From positions 96,001 through 160,000 of the forward strand of contig CAVWBU010000041.1 in assembly GCA_963753345.1 (NCBI GenBank): 64,000 bases of DNA, given 5' to 3'. Below, one piece after another: positions 31,308 to 42,479 of the stretch (position 1 is its first letter; each line of letters begins with the position of its first letter). The translations under genes were made by a program, and so were the position numbers. The notes beneath the pieces are model-generated. The model ran no database searches. It was not told the DNA's origin and saw only the letters and a list, made by a program, of their open reading frames with translations. The stretch is from an uncultured Fibrobacterota bacterium. GTDB taxonomy: Bacteria > Fibrobacterota > Chitinivibrionia > Chitinivibrionales > FEN-1185.

Positions 31308-31825
31308 GAAAATCAATCCTTGTGTGGAGATGACGACCGATCGCCCTTCGGAATGCTTATTGACATGAGGGAAGCCTCCGCCGCCCTACAAGCGGTTCTG
31401 CTCAAAGGGACAAAGCCCGCTTAATCGCGTAAGCTTCCGCGGAACCCGAAGTCATCAAGTTCCTAAGTTATAGTCGTTTAAAGGCATTCCAGGGTTCTCG
31501 AAATCCGGAAAGATACCGTAACCCATAAAAGAAGAAGCCTCACAATTGCACGGTTTCGAAGTCTTTCAGGTTCCGGCTGACGCGCAAAATTCCAACAGCG
31601 CAACACCATCCAGCCCCCTAAATATATATATAAAAAAACGCAATACTTAATAAAAAAGTGACCTGTGGAACACAGTAAACAACCACCGCCACAGGACATG
31701 TCCGCGCAGGAAGATCCCGAAGGGTTTTCAGACCGCAACACTCCGGCGCCTAACTAATTATATAGGCTCCCGGCGGCTAATTCAAGATAAAATCCAATTG
31801 ATCGACAATATTGTGGGATCTGAAG

Positions 31826-31868
31826 GGTTGAGAAGTTGAGAAGTTGAGGAGTTGAGAAGTTGAGAAGA
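31826..31868. repeat. Short tandem octamer repeat (GAAGTTGA)n
   Basis: ggttgagaagttgagaagttgaggagttgagaagttgagaag. Confidence 0.7.
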
Positions 31869-31994
31869 AAAAGCCTTGAAAAGTTGAATGGTTGAAACAT
31901 CGAAAAGTAGAAAATGCAAAGAACAGCTCTGGCTGATTATTGCGGATGCCGATTGGCGCGAGAAGAACTAATTGACTGAATAGAATTCCGTTAC

Positions 31995-32153
31995 CGCGCG
32001 TTAGGGGCGACTGGAGGCCGTGCCAGAGCACGGTGCCGCCCGGACCCGGCCCTGTGGGCCATAGGGCCGTGGCGGCCGGAGGCCGAAGGCCGAGACCAGA
32101 AGGAGAACCGACCCCCAGTAGAGCCATGCGGCTCTACTGGGGGAAACGCCTAA
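31995..32153 (-). repeat. Structured repeat family F (Flavo-1-like ends), copy B
   Basis: Reverse complement reads GGCGTTT-CCCCCAGTAGAGCC/GGCTCTACTGGGGG-TCGG...GGTCTCGGCCTTCGGCCTC...CCTCCAGTC...CCTAACGC. Confidence 0.8.
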
Positions 32154-32177
32154 ATTCCAACACGGAATTATTATTTA

Positions 32178-32831
32178 TCAACCAAACATCTCGCCCTCAA
32201 CCATCGCGCACAGGCAATGGTACACGGGCTGGTGGAGCTGCTGCACCTTGTACGTAACCTCTTCGGGAACGCACACAAGGACGTCGCAGCCGAGGTCTTT
32301 CACTTTGCCGCCGCTCTTGCCGGTAAGGCACACCACGCCAAGCCCGAATATCTTTGCCACCATGATGGCGCGGACCACGTTTTTTGAACTGCCCGACGTG
32401 GTGAGAGCCAAAAGCACGTCCCCTTTCCTGCCGTAGCCGAAGACCTGCTGCGCGAAAATCATCTCCGCGTCCTCGTCGTTCGCGATGGCGGTGAGGAGCG
32501 GCGAATGCGCCGACAGGGAAACGGCGGGAAGCTGGCGCTGGAGGTGCCTCAGGAGAAACTGCTTGTCATTGAGCGACGACTGGCTTGCCTTGATTCTTTC
32601 ACAATCCGCGGTCGTCAGCTTGCGTTTGAGCGCGAATTTGTTCATCAACTCGCCCACGATGTGGTCGGCGTCGGCCGCGCTGCCGCCGTTGCCGCATGCG
32701 AGCACCTTGCCGCCGTTCTTGAAGCAGGCGACGAGCAGGTCGAACGCCCGTACAATATCGCCTTCGAACGGCTCAAGCGCCGGATAGGAAGTGAGGCATT
32801 CGTCAAGATACTGCTTTGCGGATGATTTCAT
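32178..32831 (-). CDS. gmhA: Phosphoheptose isomerase (SIS domain)
   Basis: GGKVLACGNGGSAADADHIVGEL, TAIAND, FAQQV, LTTSGSS.NV, LTGKSGG, QQLH. Confidence 0.8.
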   Translation of the reverse strand: MKSSAKQYLDECLTSYPALEPFEGDIVRAFDLLVACFKNGGKVLACGNGGSAADADHIVGELMNKFALKRKLTTADCERIKASQSSLNDKQFLLRHLQRQLPAVSLSAHSPLLTAIANDEDAEMIFAQQVFGYGRKGDVLLALTTSGSSKNVVRAIMVAKIFGLGVVCLTGKSGGKVKDLGCDVLVCVPEEVTYKVQQLHQPVYHCLCAMVEGEMFG

Positions 32832-32867
32832 GGGGTACTGCTTTCCAAACAAGAATAAGTAATTGAG

Positions 32868-33005
32868 TTGGGCGTTACCCCGCTACGCGGGGTCGGCCCT
32901 CCTTACGGTCTCGGCCTTCGGCCTCGGGCTGCCTACCACAAAGGCCCTGCGGGCCGTGGTCAGGCAGCACCGCGCTCCAGCGCGGCCTTCAGTCCTGCCT
33001 AACGC
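32868..33005 (+). repeat. Structured repeat family F (Flavo-1-like ends), copy C
   Basis: TTGGGCGTTA-CCCCGC TAC GCGGGG-TCGG...GGTCTCGGCCTTCGGCCTC...CAGTCCTGCCTAACGC. Confidence 0.8.
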
Positions 33006-33079
33006 AAAAGACACAACCTGCAATAATCTACCGCTCTTTCGCTCTTAACTGTCAACTGCCAACCGTCAACTGTCAACTT

Positions 33080-34916
33080 CTATTCTCTAGGCAATTCGCG
33101 CACCGCCCCCCTGTCGGCCGAGGTGGTGAACAGCGCGTACGCCCTGAGCGCCTCGGAAACCACGCGCCTGCGTTTCGGCTTGAACGCGTTTTTCCCTTTT
33201 TTCAATTCGGCCTTCCTGCGCTTGGCGAGCTCTGCCGCGGAGAGTTTCACGTTGACTTTCCGGCCGGGTATGTCGACCTCGATGATGTCGCCGTTTTTGA
33301 GCAGGCCCACGTCGCCGCCCGCGGCGGCTTCGGGAGAAACATGGCCTATTGACAAACCGGACGATCCCCCGGAGAACCTGCCGTCGGTGAGCAGGGCGCA
33401 GGTGTCGCTCAGATGCATGGACCGCAGATACGACGTGGGATACAGCATTTCCTGCATGCCGGGCCCGCCCTTGGGGCCTTCGTGGATGATGACTACAACG
33501 TCGCCGGCCTTCACCTTGTGCCCGAGGATGCCTTCCGCGGCCTGGTCCTGCGAATGGAACACCTTTGCCGGACCGTGAAAAGCGGAACATGGACGCCGCC
33601 ACGCCGGCGGCTTTCACCACGCAGCCTTTCCGGGCGATATTGCCGAAGAGCACGGCAAGCCCGCCGTCTTTGCTGTAGGGAGTTTTTGCCGACCGGATGC
33701 AGCCTTTCTGCCGGTCTTTGTCGAGTTCCGGATACATCGTGTCCTGGGAGCCGAGCGCGAGGTTGCGCTGGCCGCCGCCGGGCGCGCTGCGGCAATTCTC
33801 GATGGCAAAGGGCAGCACCCGCGGGTCGAGAATGTCGTTCTGCCGGATCACTTCGCCGAGGCTGGCTCCGGCCGCGTGCGGCACGGCGCCGTCGACAAGG
33901 CCGGCGCGGGCAAGCTCGCCCATGATCCCCATGATGCCGCCCGCGCGGTTGACGTCCTCGACATGGAAATGGGAACTCGGCGCCACCTTGCACAGCACCG
34001 GGATCTTCCTCGAGAGCGCGTCGATGTCCTTCATGGTGAAGGCGACGCCCGCGGCATGCGCGATGGCCAGCAGGTGCAGCACGGTATTGGTCGAGCCGCC
34101 CATGGCGATGTCGAGGCTCATGGCGTTGACAAAAGCCTTTCGCGTCGCAATGGAGCGCGGCAGCACCGAGTCGTCGCCCGTTTCGTAATACGCATTTGTC
34201 ATTTCGACGATGCGGCGCGCCGCGTTTTCAAAGAGGCGCAGCCTGTTGGTGTGCGTCGCCACAACGGTACCGTTGCCGGGCAGTGCAATGCCGAGGGCCT
34301 CGTTGAGGCAGTTCATGGAATTGGCGGTAAAGAGCCCGGAGCACGACCCGCACGACGGGCATGCGGCAAACTCGATGTCGCGGATGTCCGCGTCCGGCAC
34401 CGCGCTGTCGGCCGACATCACCATGGCGTCGATCAGGTCGTACTTTCTTCCCTTCCACGTGCCGGCCTCCATGGGCCCGCCCGAGACGAAAATCGCCGGC
34501 ACGTTAAGCCGCATCGCGGCCATCATCATGCCGGGGGTTATCTTGTCGCAGTTGGAAATGCAGATCATGGCGTCGGCCATGTGGGCGTTCATCATGTATT
34601 CGACGCTGTCGGCGATGAGCTCGCGCGACGGCAGCGAGTACAGCATCCCGTCGTGGCCCATGGCGATGCCGTCGTCGATGGCGATGGTGTCGAACTCGGC
34701 CGCGAAACACCCCTGCGCCTCGATGATCGCCTTGATGCGCTGCCCGATGTCGTGGAGATGCACGTGCCCCGGCACGAACTGCGTGAAGGAATTGACAATT
34801 GCAATTATCGGCTTCCCGAACTGCTCCTCTTTCATGCCGTTGGCCCGCCAGAGGCTCCGGGCCCCGGCCATGCGGCGGCCGGCCGTGGTTGTCGCGCTGC
34901 GCAAGGTATGCGTCAT
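33080..34916 (-). CDS. ilvD: Dihydroxy-acid dehydratase (one frameshift in a T-run near 33578)
   Basis: [47 protein letters not shown]; second frame [28 protein letters not shown]. Confidence 0.95.
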
Positions 34917-35022
34917 GCCTGTTCCTTTCCGTGAATCGGCGATTGGCGGAACGATGTCTGCCTCATAAAATCGTTGAAAATCGGCCCGGCATCAAGAAAA
35001 TTCGGCTGGGGCCGGCGCGCCG

Positions 35023-35958
35023 CTACCGTTGTTCCAGGCTGTCAAGAAGCCGGCGGTATTGCCGCGCCCTGGGACTGTCGGAGAAATCGATCTGGTCGGG
35101 AGAAAACACCTTGTCGATGCGGTAGAACGGCGTGAACGTGCCGTGCGGACGCGCGGTGGGCCTGCCGCATGAGTCCGCGAAGCAGAAATCGCGCGGCATA
35201 AGCACCGGGGAACTTGCGGGAACAAACTGGTCGGCGGTGAAATCGAGGATGTACTCCACGCCGTCGACCACCACCAGGTCGAAGCTGTGGAACGCGGTCA
35301 TGAACAGGCCCTGGGCCCGGTAACAGGTGATGCCGCGTTTTGTAAAGTACTTCGCGACGATCGTGGAAAAGGGGACGCACGCCCCCTCGTCCTTCGGGTC
35401 TATTCTTGATTTGTAAAGTTCGAACACCTCGCGCGCCGGACCGCCATAGCGCAGGCAGAAGCTTGCGCGGTCGGTCGAAACGGCGGCCGGAAAAATTCTT
35501 TTTCCGGCCTGGCGCGGCTGAAGGACCCTTGCGCAGGTGGAATCGGCAAGGACGCCGCAGAAGCCCCGGAAATAGTCGTTGCGCACGCCGCACCCCGCCG
35601 GCCCCTCGGTAAGAACGGTGTCCCTGCCCTTTAGCTTCGCGAGCAGCGGAACCACGCGGCATTCCACGCGGTTTCCCTTCACCACGCGCTCTTTCTTTCC
35701 CGCAGAGTCGATCCACAGAAAGCTGAAGCGGTTGCGCGAGGCCACCGGAGCGAAATTCACCTTCTTAAACCCGCTGCCGCAGTCCGCGTAAACGTTGTAC
35801 GCCGACGCCCCGGCGACAGATCCCCACGAAAGCGTGACCATGTCTTCACCGAACTGCGCGGCAACCGGAAACCGGCATTGCGCCGTATCGTTTCCCCCGC
35901 AACAGGCAGCCGCGGCGGCCAGAAGGCAAAGCAGGGTTCTCAACAATCGGCAAAACAT
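35023..35958 (-). CDS. Exported hypothetical protein, FN3-like N-terminus and possible transglutaminase/papain-fold C-terminus
   Basis: VTLSWGSVAGASAYNVY; GACVPFS...HSFDLV...ILDFTADQF (Cys-His-Asp order). Confidence 0.5.
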   Translation of the reverse strand: MFCRLLRTLLCLLAAAAACCGGNDTAQCRFPVAAQFGEDMVTLSWGSVAGASAYNVYADCGSGFKKVNFAPVASRNRFSFLWIDSAGKKERVVKGNRVECRVVPLLAKLKGRDTVLTEGPAGCGVRNDYFRGFCGVLADSTCARVLQPRQAGKRIFPAAVSTDRASFCLRYGGPAREVFELYKSRIDPKDEGACVPFSTIVAKYFTKRGITCYRAQGLFMTAFHSFDLVVVDGVEYILDFTADQFVPASSPVLMPRDFCFADSCGRPTARPHGTFTPFYRIDKVFSPDQIDFSDSPRARQYRRLLDSLEQR

Positions 35959-36063
35959 CCGAACAAAATAATAGAAGGGCTGCACGACAGGATGCCGCGA
36001 CTGTGTACCGTGCGTAAGAGCCGACGCCCATTGCGGTTCGGAAACAGGGAAACGTTTTTGATG

Positions 36064-36459
36064 CTATTGAGAAGCTTCCTGCACCTGCTGCCCGCCCTCG
36101 TCAACGGCCTCGTCTTCCGCACCCGAATCATCGGCATCGGGGACGTCGGCGCCGGCGCTATCGGCGGGTTTTTGGGCAGTAACGGGAGGGGGCGGGAGCC
36201 TGTCGCGGATTTCCTTGAGAATCCGGATAATGAGGTCGTTCTGCTTCACTATTCTGTCCGACATGTTGCCGCCGGATTCCCGCTTGAACCGGTCGTTGCG
36301 GTGCCGCGGATGCTGGCCGCCGTTGAATCCGGTGGCAGGGCTGTAGTTATAGCTCGTGCTGGGACTGTAATTCGGCATTTTCTCGGGATACTTGGGCTGG
36401 CCCATTTTCCTGTTGCCCATGTTGGACATGGCGGCTCTCTGGGAATCGTCGGTAATCAT
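36064..36459 (-). CDS. Hypothetical low-complexity protein
   Basis: RBS AAGGAG, plausible ORF with short helical core (QNDLIIRILKEIRDRL) and acidic tail. Confidence 0.55.
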   Translation of the reverse strand: MITDDSQRAAMSNMGNRKMGQPKYPEKMPNYSPSTSYNYSPATGFNGGQHPRHRNDRFKRESGGNMSDRIVKQNDLIIRILKEIRDRLPPPPVTAQKPADSAGADVPDADDSGAEDEAVDEGGQQVQEASQ

Positions 36460-36685
36460 GCCACGGTCTCCTTTCGTTCAAGCATCTTCGCTGCCGGCAG
36501 GGTGTTGCAGCGAACCGTCCATGCGTTGTCGGGCACGCTTGGGAAAGCCTGTCCTGCCCGCGCTGGCGCGCGGGCACTCCGCGACATGCAGCGTCGCGGT
36601 GGAACTCTTCAGAGGAGATTATACCACGGCCGGAGCTTTGTTTCCAGTAAAAAAAAACGAGGGCTGCGCACTGTGGGACGTGCGC

Positions 36686-37633
36686 TCAGGGGTTGAGGAA
36701 CCTCCCCACAATGCCCGCCGCTTCGTCGCAGGCGCGCTCGCCCGCCGCAATTTCCCTCTCTTTCTCCTGATGGCGGAACCAGGTGATCTGCCGCTTCGCG
36801 TAGTTGCGGGTGTCCTGTTTTACCTTCTCAACGGTCTCGTCCAGGGTCGCCTCGCGCTTTTCAAATGCGAAGAACTCCCGGTAGCCCACGCACAGCATGC
36901 CCGGCGACTTTTCGTTGTACCCCCGCCGAACGAGCGAGTGGAATTCGTCAAGCAGTCCCCTCTTCATCATGTCGTCGACTCGGGCGTCGATCCTGCGATA
37001 CAGCGCTTCCCGGCCAAGGGAAAGGAGCATGACGTCGAACTCCAGGTCGCCGGGAGGGACCGCGAGCTTTTTAAGCCGTGAAAGCGGTTGTCCCGCGGCG
37101 TGGAACACCTCGAGCGCGCGGATGTTCCGCTGGAGGTTTGAAGCGTGGCTGGCCGCCGCCGTGGCCGGATCAACGGCCGCGAGCTCATCGAACACCGCCT
37201 GCCTGCCCTGCGTTTGCGCCATGGCACGGTACTTCGCGCGGACCCTGGGGTCCTCGGCAACCTGCGGTCCCAGGCCGCGGCTGAGCGCCTGAAAGTACAG
37301 ACCGCTCCCGCCGCACACTAAAACGCATTTGCCAAGTTCTGCCCTCTCACGAATGATCCGCCCCGCCTCGCGGCCGAATTCATGCGCCGAGTACCGCACG
37401 TCCGGGTCGATGATGTCGATCATCCAGTGGCGAACGCGCGCCATGTCGGCGGCCGGGGGCTTTGCGGTGCCGATGTCCATACAGCGGTAGATCTGCCGCG
37501 AATCGCACGAGAGCATCTCAAGCCCGAGCCGTTCGCATACCGCAAGTGCGATCGACGACTTGCCCGACGCGGTGGGTCCGAGCAGAACGGGAACCTTGAG
37601 TTTATCGGGAGCGGCCAATTTGACATACTCCAA
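36686..37633 (-). CDS. miaA: tRNA dimethylallyltransferase
   Basis: GPTASGKS, DSRQIY..MDIGTAKP, GGSGLY, RALEV, TRNYAKRQITWF. Confidence 0.95.
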   Translation of the reverse strand: MEYVKLAAPDKLKVPVLLGPTASGKSSIALAVCERLGLEMLSCDSRQIYRCMDIGTAKPPAADMARVRHWMIDIIDPDVRYSAHEFGREAGRIIRERAELGKCVLVCGGSGLYFQALSRGLGPQVAEDPRVRAKYRAMAQTQGRQAVFDELAAVDPATAAASHASNLQRNIRALEVFHAAGQPLSRLKKLAVPPGDLEFDVMLLSLGREALYRRIDARVDDMMKRGLLDEFHSLVRRGYNEKSPGMLCVGYREFFAFEKREATLDETVEKVKQDTRNYAKRQITWFRHQEKEREIAAGERACDEAAGIVGRFLNP

Positions 37634-37666
37634 TACAACGGGTATTTTTACTGCTCATCTTCTGGT

Positions 37667-38847
37667 ATGCGGGAGAAAAACATCGCCCCAACGCAGTCAT
37701 CAAGGCGCCGGCATCTGTTCGCACCGCGGCGGCGGCCGCGGCCTGTATCATTGCAATCGTGTGTTTCGGCGCGCTTGTCGCGCGCAAACCGGGTTTGCTC
37801 GGCACCGTGCTTCACTGGCCGCGTTCGGCCCTGCTTCATCCCGGCCCGGACGCTGGAAAAAATACAACACAGCCCGGCCGCCTCCCCATTGAATCGGCGA
37901 TACGGAAACGGCTTGCAGAACTCGAAGTGCGGCCCGGCGACATCGTCGCGCAGGTATCCCCGCAGGACCGCTCGCTTTCGCTCAAGGCCGCGGTGCCGAA
38001 AGGCAAACCGTTCGAGTGGATCGTGCGGCAGCTGTCAACCGCCGCGGAAGGCACGCCGTACCGGGTGTCGGACTGCGTCGTTGACGAAAAGAAATCATCG
38101 TGCACCATCACCTTCTCGTCTCCCTCGAAGCGCGACCCGGCGGTGACGCTCGCCGTCTCGACCGCCGAAAAGTTCCTCACCGGCACGGCCGATATGGCTG
38201 TGGTCGTGGAAGACCTCGAGGATACGGCGTACCCGATTGCCGTGTCGGTGCTTTCGTTTTCCGAACCGCTCACCATATCCCTGGCGCCCGCGGGAAAGAA
38301 AGCGTCGCTCATCGCGCAGCTCGCCGAACAGTACAAAAAGGAAGTGGTGGTCCGGCTTCCCCTGGAACCGCCCGGAAAAGTGCCGGCCGAATTCCAGAAG
38401 TCCGTCATCATGATCCATTACCCGGAACGGACCATACGCGGCCTTGTCGGCGACGCCGCGCGGCGTTTCCCTGATGTCAAGGGGTTCTCCAACCTCTGGG
38501 GCTCACGGGCGCTCGAAGACACCCGGGTGATGACCTTTGTGCTGGAAGAGGCGCGGAACCGGGGCGCGTACTTTGTCGAAACGAACCCGGCAAAGAACTC
38601 GATAGCGGGCGCCGTGGCGGAGCGGTTGGGCGTTCCGTACGAGAGCCTGTCGCTGCGGCTCGAAAAAACCTCGGCGCCGGATATTGTCGCGGAAATCAAG
38701 CGGCAGTCAGCCGCCGCCCAGGCAAGGGGCTCGCTCGTGCTGCGCTGCGCCGGCAGCCGCGCCCTGGCCGACGCGCTCAAGGCCGCGCTGCCCTACCTCC
38801 GGCAGAGCGGCATCAGGCTCGTTCGTGCTTCCGAAATAGTCAAGTAA
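37667..38847 (+). CDS. Divergent polysaccharide deacetylase family protein (start uncertain)
   Basis: AVVVEDL, EVVVRLPLEP, GFSNLWGSR, YFVET; N-terminal TM; likely 1-nt indel just after the ATG near 37667. Confidence 0.7.
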
Positions 38848-38897
38848 GCGCCCGCCCCGTTAAAAAAGTATATTGAAATCAGGAAAGGAGCCTTCCC

Positions 38898-39611
38898 ATG
38901 GCAACGCTTGGAGTGAACATCGACCACATCGCCACCATTCGACAGGCCCGCGGCGGCAAGGACCCGGATCCGGTCCAGGCCGCGGCCATCGCCGAGCTCG
39001 CGGGCGCGCACGGCATCACCGCGCACCTGCGCGAGGACCGGCGGCACATGCAGGACAGGGACATTTACCTGCTCAAGCAATCGGTCTCCACCAGACTCAA
39101 TCTGGAAATGGCCGCTACACCCGAGATCGTCAAGATCGCGGTCGACGTGCTTCCCTGGATGGTGACGCTGGTTCCTGAAAGGCGCGAAGAGCGCACCACC
39201 GAAGGCGGCCTGTCGCTCCAGGGAAAAGAGCGCGACCTTGCGAAGACGCTTGAGTCGTTTCGCAACAACAATATTCTGGTGAGCCTTTTCATCGACCCGG
39301 AAATCCACCAGATCAAGGCGGCAAGCAAGACCGGCGCCACACACGTGGAGCTGCACACCGGTTACTACGCAAACGCAAAGGGACAACAGGCGCAATCCGA
39401 CGAGCTTGCGCGCCTGCGCGACGCGGCAATGGTCGCGGTGAAGCTCGGGCTCCACGTGAATGCCGGGCACGGGCTCACCTACCAGAACGTGACCGCAGTG
39501 GCCGACATCGACGGCGTCGAGGAACTCAACATAGGCCACAGCATCGTGGCGCGCGCATCACTGGTAGGACTTGACCGGGCCGTGAGAGACATGCTTACGC
39601 TGATTGAGTAG
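38898..39611 (+). CDS. pdxJ: Pyridoxine 5'-phosphate synthase
   Basis: [58 protein letters not shown]. Confidence 0.97.
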   Translation: MATLGVNIDHIATIRQARGGKDPDPVQAAAIAELAGAHGITAHLREDRRHMQDRDIYLLKQSVSTRLNLEMAATPEIVKIAVDVLPWMVTLVPERREERTTEGGLSLQGKERDLAKTLESFRNNNILVSLFIDPEIHQIKAASKTGATHVELHTGYYANAKGQQAQSDELARLRDAAMVAVKLGLHVNAGHGLTYQNVTAVADIDGVEELNIGHSIVARASLVGLDRAVRDMLTLIE

Positions 39612-39760
39612 GCGATGAATTGTAGATTGTGGAATGTAGATTGTAGATTTTAATTGACGGATGCAAGGTGTTCACAATCCGCATTCTGCAATCCACAATA
39701 GAGAATTAAAAAAAATAATAAAGAGTTGGTAGGAGTTGCATTGATTTAGGTGGAACTCCC

Positions 39761-41068
39761 TCACCCCGCCTTCACTTTCCCCTTCACCTTCACCTTTGCG
39801 CTTGCCTTCGGAATAACCTCTTGCTTTTCGCTTATCCCCGCGGCTCTCGGAGGCTTTATATACTTGATCTCGGTCGGCAGTCCCATGTTGTCAAGAAGCC
39901 CGATAAACGGGTCCGGATCGAGCTCCTCTACGTTCACCATGGTCTTCGGGTTCCACGTTCCGTTCGCGACAAGCATGGCCGCAGCAGCGACAGGAACGCC
40001 CGCCGTATAGGAGATAGCCTGCGATTCGACTTCCTCGTAGCACTTCTTGTGGTCGCAGATGTTATAAATGAAGATTTCCTTTTCCTTGCCGTCCTTTTTG
40101 CCTTTTGTAAGGTTGCCGATGCAGGTCTTTCCGGTGTACACCTGCGCCAGCGTGCTCGGGTCGGGAAGGCAAGCCTTCACCACTTTTAGCGGAACGGTCA
40201 CGAGGCCCTCGGCCGTGGTCACGGGCTGGTGCGACAGCAGCCCGATGTTCTTGAGCACGGTGAATACGTTGATGTAGTGGTCGGAAAATCCCATCCAGAA
40301 GCGGATGCTGTTCGCGTCGATGTTCTTTGAAAGCGAATGAAGCTCGTCGTGACCGTTGAGGTACACGGTCTGTTTCCCCACAACGGGAAACGTGTAGACC
40401 ATTTTCTCGTCGTGGATGGGCTTGCACACCCACTTGCGGTCGATCCAGGTCCACACCTTGATGAATTCCCTGAAGTTAATCTCCGGGTCGAAGTTGGTGG
40501 CAAAGTACTTGCCGTGCGACCCGGCGTTGACGTCCATGATGTCGATGGTGTCGATGGTGTCGAAATGGTGTTTGACTGCCAGGGCGCAGTAGGCGTTCAC
40601 CACGCCGGGGTCGAACCCCACGCCGAGGATCGCGTTGATGCCGCGCTGCGTGCAGCGGTCCCTGCGCTTCCATTCGTAGTTGGCGTACCACGGCGGGTCT
40701 TCGCACACGCGGTCGGGCTCTTCGTGGATGGCGGTGTCCATGTAGCTCACGCCGGCCTGGATGCACGCCTCCAGCACCGACATGTTGACAAACGCGGACC
40801 CGAGGTTGAGCACGATCTGCGAATTGGTCTCCTTGATGAGCTTGACCGTTGCCGAAACGTCGAGGGCGTTGATCTGGCGGGAAAACAGCTTGCCCGACCT
40901 GTTCTTGATGTTGTTCTTCCGCATCACGCTGTCGATGATCGCGTCGCACTTGTACTGCGTGCGCGACGCGACGCAGATGTCGCCCAGAACGTCGTTGTGC
41001 TGCGCGCACTTGTGCGCGGCCACGTGCGCCACGGCGCCCGCCCCAATGATCAATACGTTTCGTTTCAT
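39761..41068 (-). CDS. Carboxynorspermidine/carboxyspermidine dehydrogenase (saccharopine dehydrogenase family)
   Basis: IIGAGAV..VAAHKCAQ, GFDPGV, FATNFDPEINFRE, SQAISYTAGVP; directly downstream of nspC. Confidence 0.9.
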   Translation of the reverse strand: MKRNVLIIGAGAVAHVAAHKCAQHNDVLGDICVASRTQYKCDAIIDSVMRKNNIKNRSGKLFSRQINALDVSATVKLIKETNSQIVLNLGSAFVNMSVLEACIQAGVSYMDTAIHEEPDRVCEDPPWYANYEWKRRDRCTQRGINAILGVGFDPGVVNAYCALAVKHHFDTIDTIDIMDVNAGSHGKYFATNFDPEINFREFIKVWTWIDRKWVCKPIHDEKMVYTFPVVGKQTVYLNGHDELHSLSKNIDANSIRFWMGFSDHYINVFTVLKNIGLLSHQPVTTAEGLVTVPLKVVKACLPDPSTLAQVYTGKTCIGNLTKGKKDGKEKEIFIYNICDHKKCYEEVESQAISYTAGVPVAAAAMLVANGTWNPKTMVNVEELDPDPFIGLLDNMGLPTEIKYIKPPRAAGISEKQEVIPKASAKVKVKGKVKAG

Positions 41069-41083
41069 GGTACTGCGCCCTTC

Positions 41084-42187
41084 TCAGGATAAGTTGTTCT
41101 TGAAATCGTTGAACGAAAACCGTTTTATCACGTCGATGGACCCGTCGAGCCTCCTCACTGCGATCGACGGCATGGAAAGCCCGTTGAACCAGTTCTTCTT
41201 CACCATGGAGTAGCCCGCAGCGTCCGCGAACCGGACGACGCTGCCCGCGCGCAGCGGCCTTTTGAACCGGAACGTCCCGAACACGTCGCCCGCAAGGCAC
41301 GACCTGCCGGCGATTGTGTATTTGTACCGGCCGGTGTCCGAATTGTCAATCTTCGCCGGTATGCGGTAGATGAGCAGGTCGAGCATGTGCGCCTCCATCG
41401 ATGCATCGACGATGGCAATGTTCGCCCCGTTGCGGACAATGTCGACCACCGTGGTCACAAGCTCGGCGGACCGGGTTATCGCGCTCTCGCCCGGTTCAAG
41501 ATACACCTGGACGCCGTGGCGCGCCGCAAACGCGCGGAGCCTTTTGCAGAATGTGTCGAGCGGGTATCCCTCTTTGGTGAAATACAGGCCACCGCCGAGA
41601 CTCACCCACTCCATTTTATCAAGGAGCTTCCCGTACCCGCGCGTGATGCGGTCGAGCGAGGCGCAGAAACTTCCGACGCTGTCGTTTTCGCAGTTGAAAT
41701 GGAACATGAGACCGCTCACGAGATGCGACACCGACGCAAGATCCTTCTTGTCAACAACACCGAGCCTCGAATGCCGGCGGGCGGGGTCTGCGAGGTCGTA
41801 GTGCGAGAAGCTGAACCCGGGGTTAACCCTCAGGCCTATCTTTTTTCCGCGGACAAGAGGGTAAAACCGCCTAAGCTGGGACGCGGAATTGAAGATGATT
41901 TTGTCGGCGTATTTCTTGACTGAAGAGATGTCCTCCTTGGTGTATCCGACGCAATAGGCGTGGGTTTCCTTTCCGAAGGTCTCGCGGCCGAGCCTCGCCT
42001 CGAACAGCGAACTGCTCGTCGTCCCGTCCATGTACTTCCTCATGAGAGGAAACACCGACCACGCCGAAAAACACTTGAGCGCAAGGAGGATTTTTGCGCC
42101 CGATTCCTCGCGTACGCGCTCGATCTTTTTCAGATTGCGGAGCAGTTTCCGTTCGTCAATAAGATAGTATGGAGTCTTGAGAATCAT
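41084..42187 (-). CDS. nspC: Carboxynorspermidine decarboxylase
   Basis: TPYYLIDE, LLALKCFS, SSLFEARLG, EWVSLGGG, YLEPGE, SCLAGDVFG, YSMVKKNWFNG. Confidence 0.93.
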   Translation of the reverse strand: MILKTPYYLIDERKLLRNLKKIERVREESGAKILLALKCFSAWSVFPLMRKYMDGTTSSSLFEARLGRETFGKETHAYCVGYTKEDISSVKKYADKIIFNSASQLRRFYPLVRGKKIGLRVNPGFSFSHYDLADPARRHSRLGVVDKKDLASVSHLVSGLMFHFNCENDSVGSFCASLDRITRGYGKLLDKMEWVSLGGGLYFTKEGYPLDTFCKRLRAFAARHGVQVYLEPGESAITRSAELVTTVVDIVRNGANIAIVDASMEAHMLDLLIYRIPAKIDNSDTGRYKYTIAGRSCLAGDVFGTFRFKRPLRAGSVVRFADAAGYSMVKKNWFNGLSMPSIAVRRLDGSIDVIKRFSFNDFKNNLS

Positions 42188-42479
42188 GACCGCCCGGTGG
42201 TTGCAGGAAACAAAACACTTCAATTTGATTGTACATAAATTAACATGAAACGGGAAAAAATAAAAGACTTTTTAGCGGCAGTCTTCTGCTTTGCGGACGC
42301 CGCCATGCGCACGGGAGAACGCCATTGTGCAGAAGATTTGTTGTGAGAAAACAGGTGCCCCCGCAGACCCGGATGGCTCTTTACTTTTCCTTTCAATCGT
42401 GGTACTATTTTAGTGAGCCAATATCATGGTGCATATCCTGCAATCCGAGGCAACCATCAACCATATTTCGGGAGGTGTC

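Noticed and set aside
31320-31800. Riboswitch (e.g. c-di-GMP) in the long leader of the giant surface-protein gene
   Set aside because: Some weak hairpins are present, but the GGCAAA...GAAA...GACGCAAA signature was not found on the coding strand.
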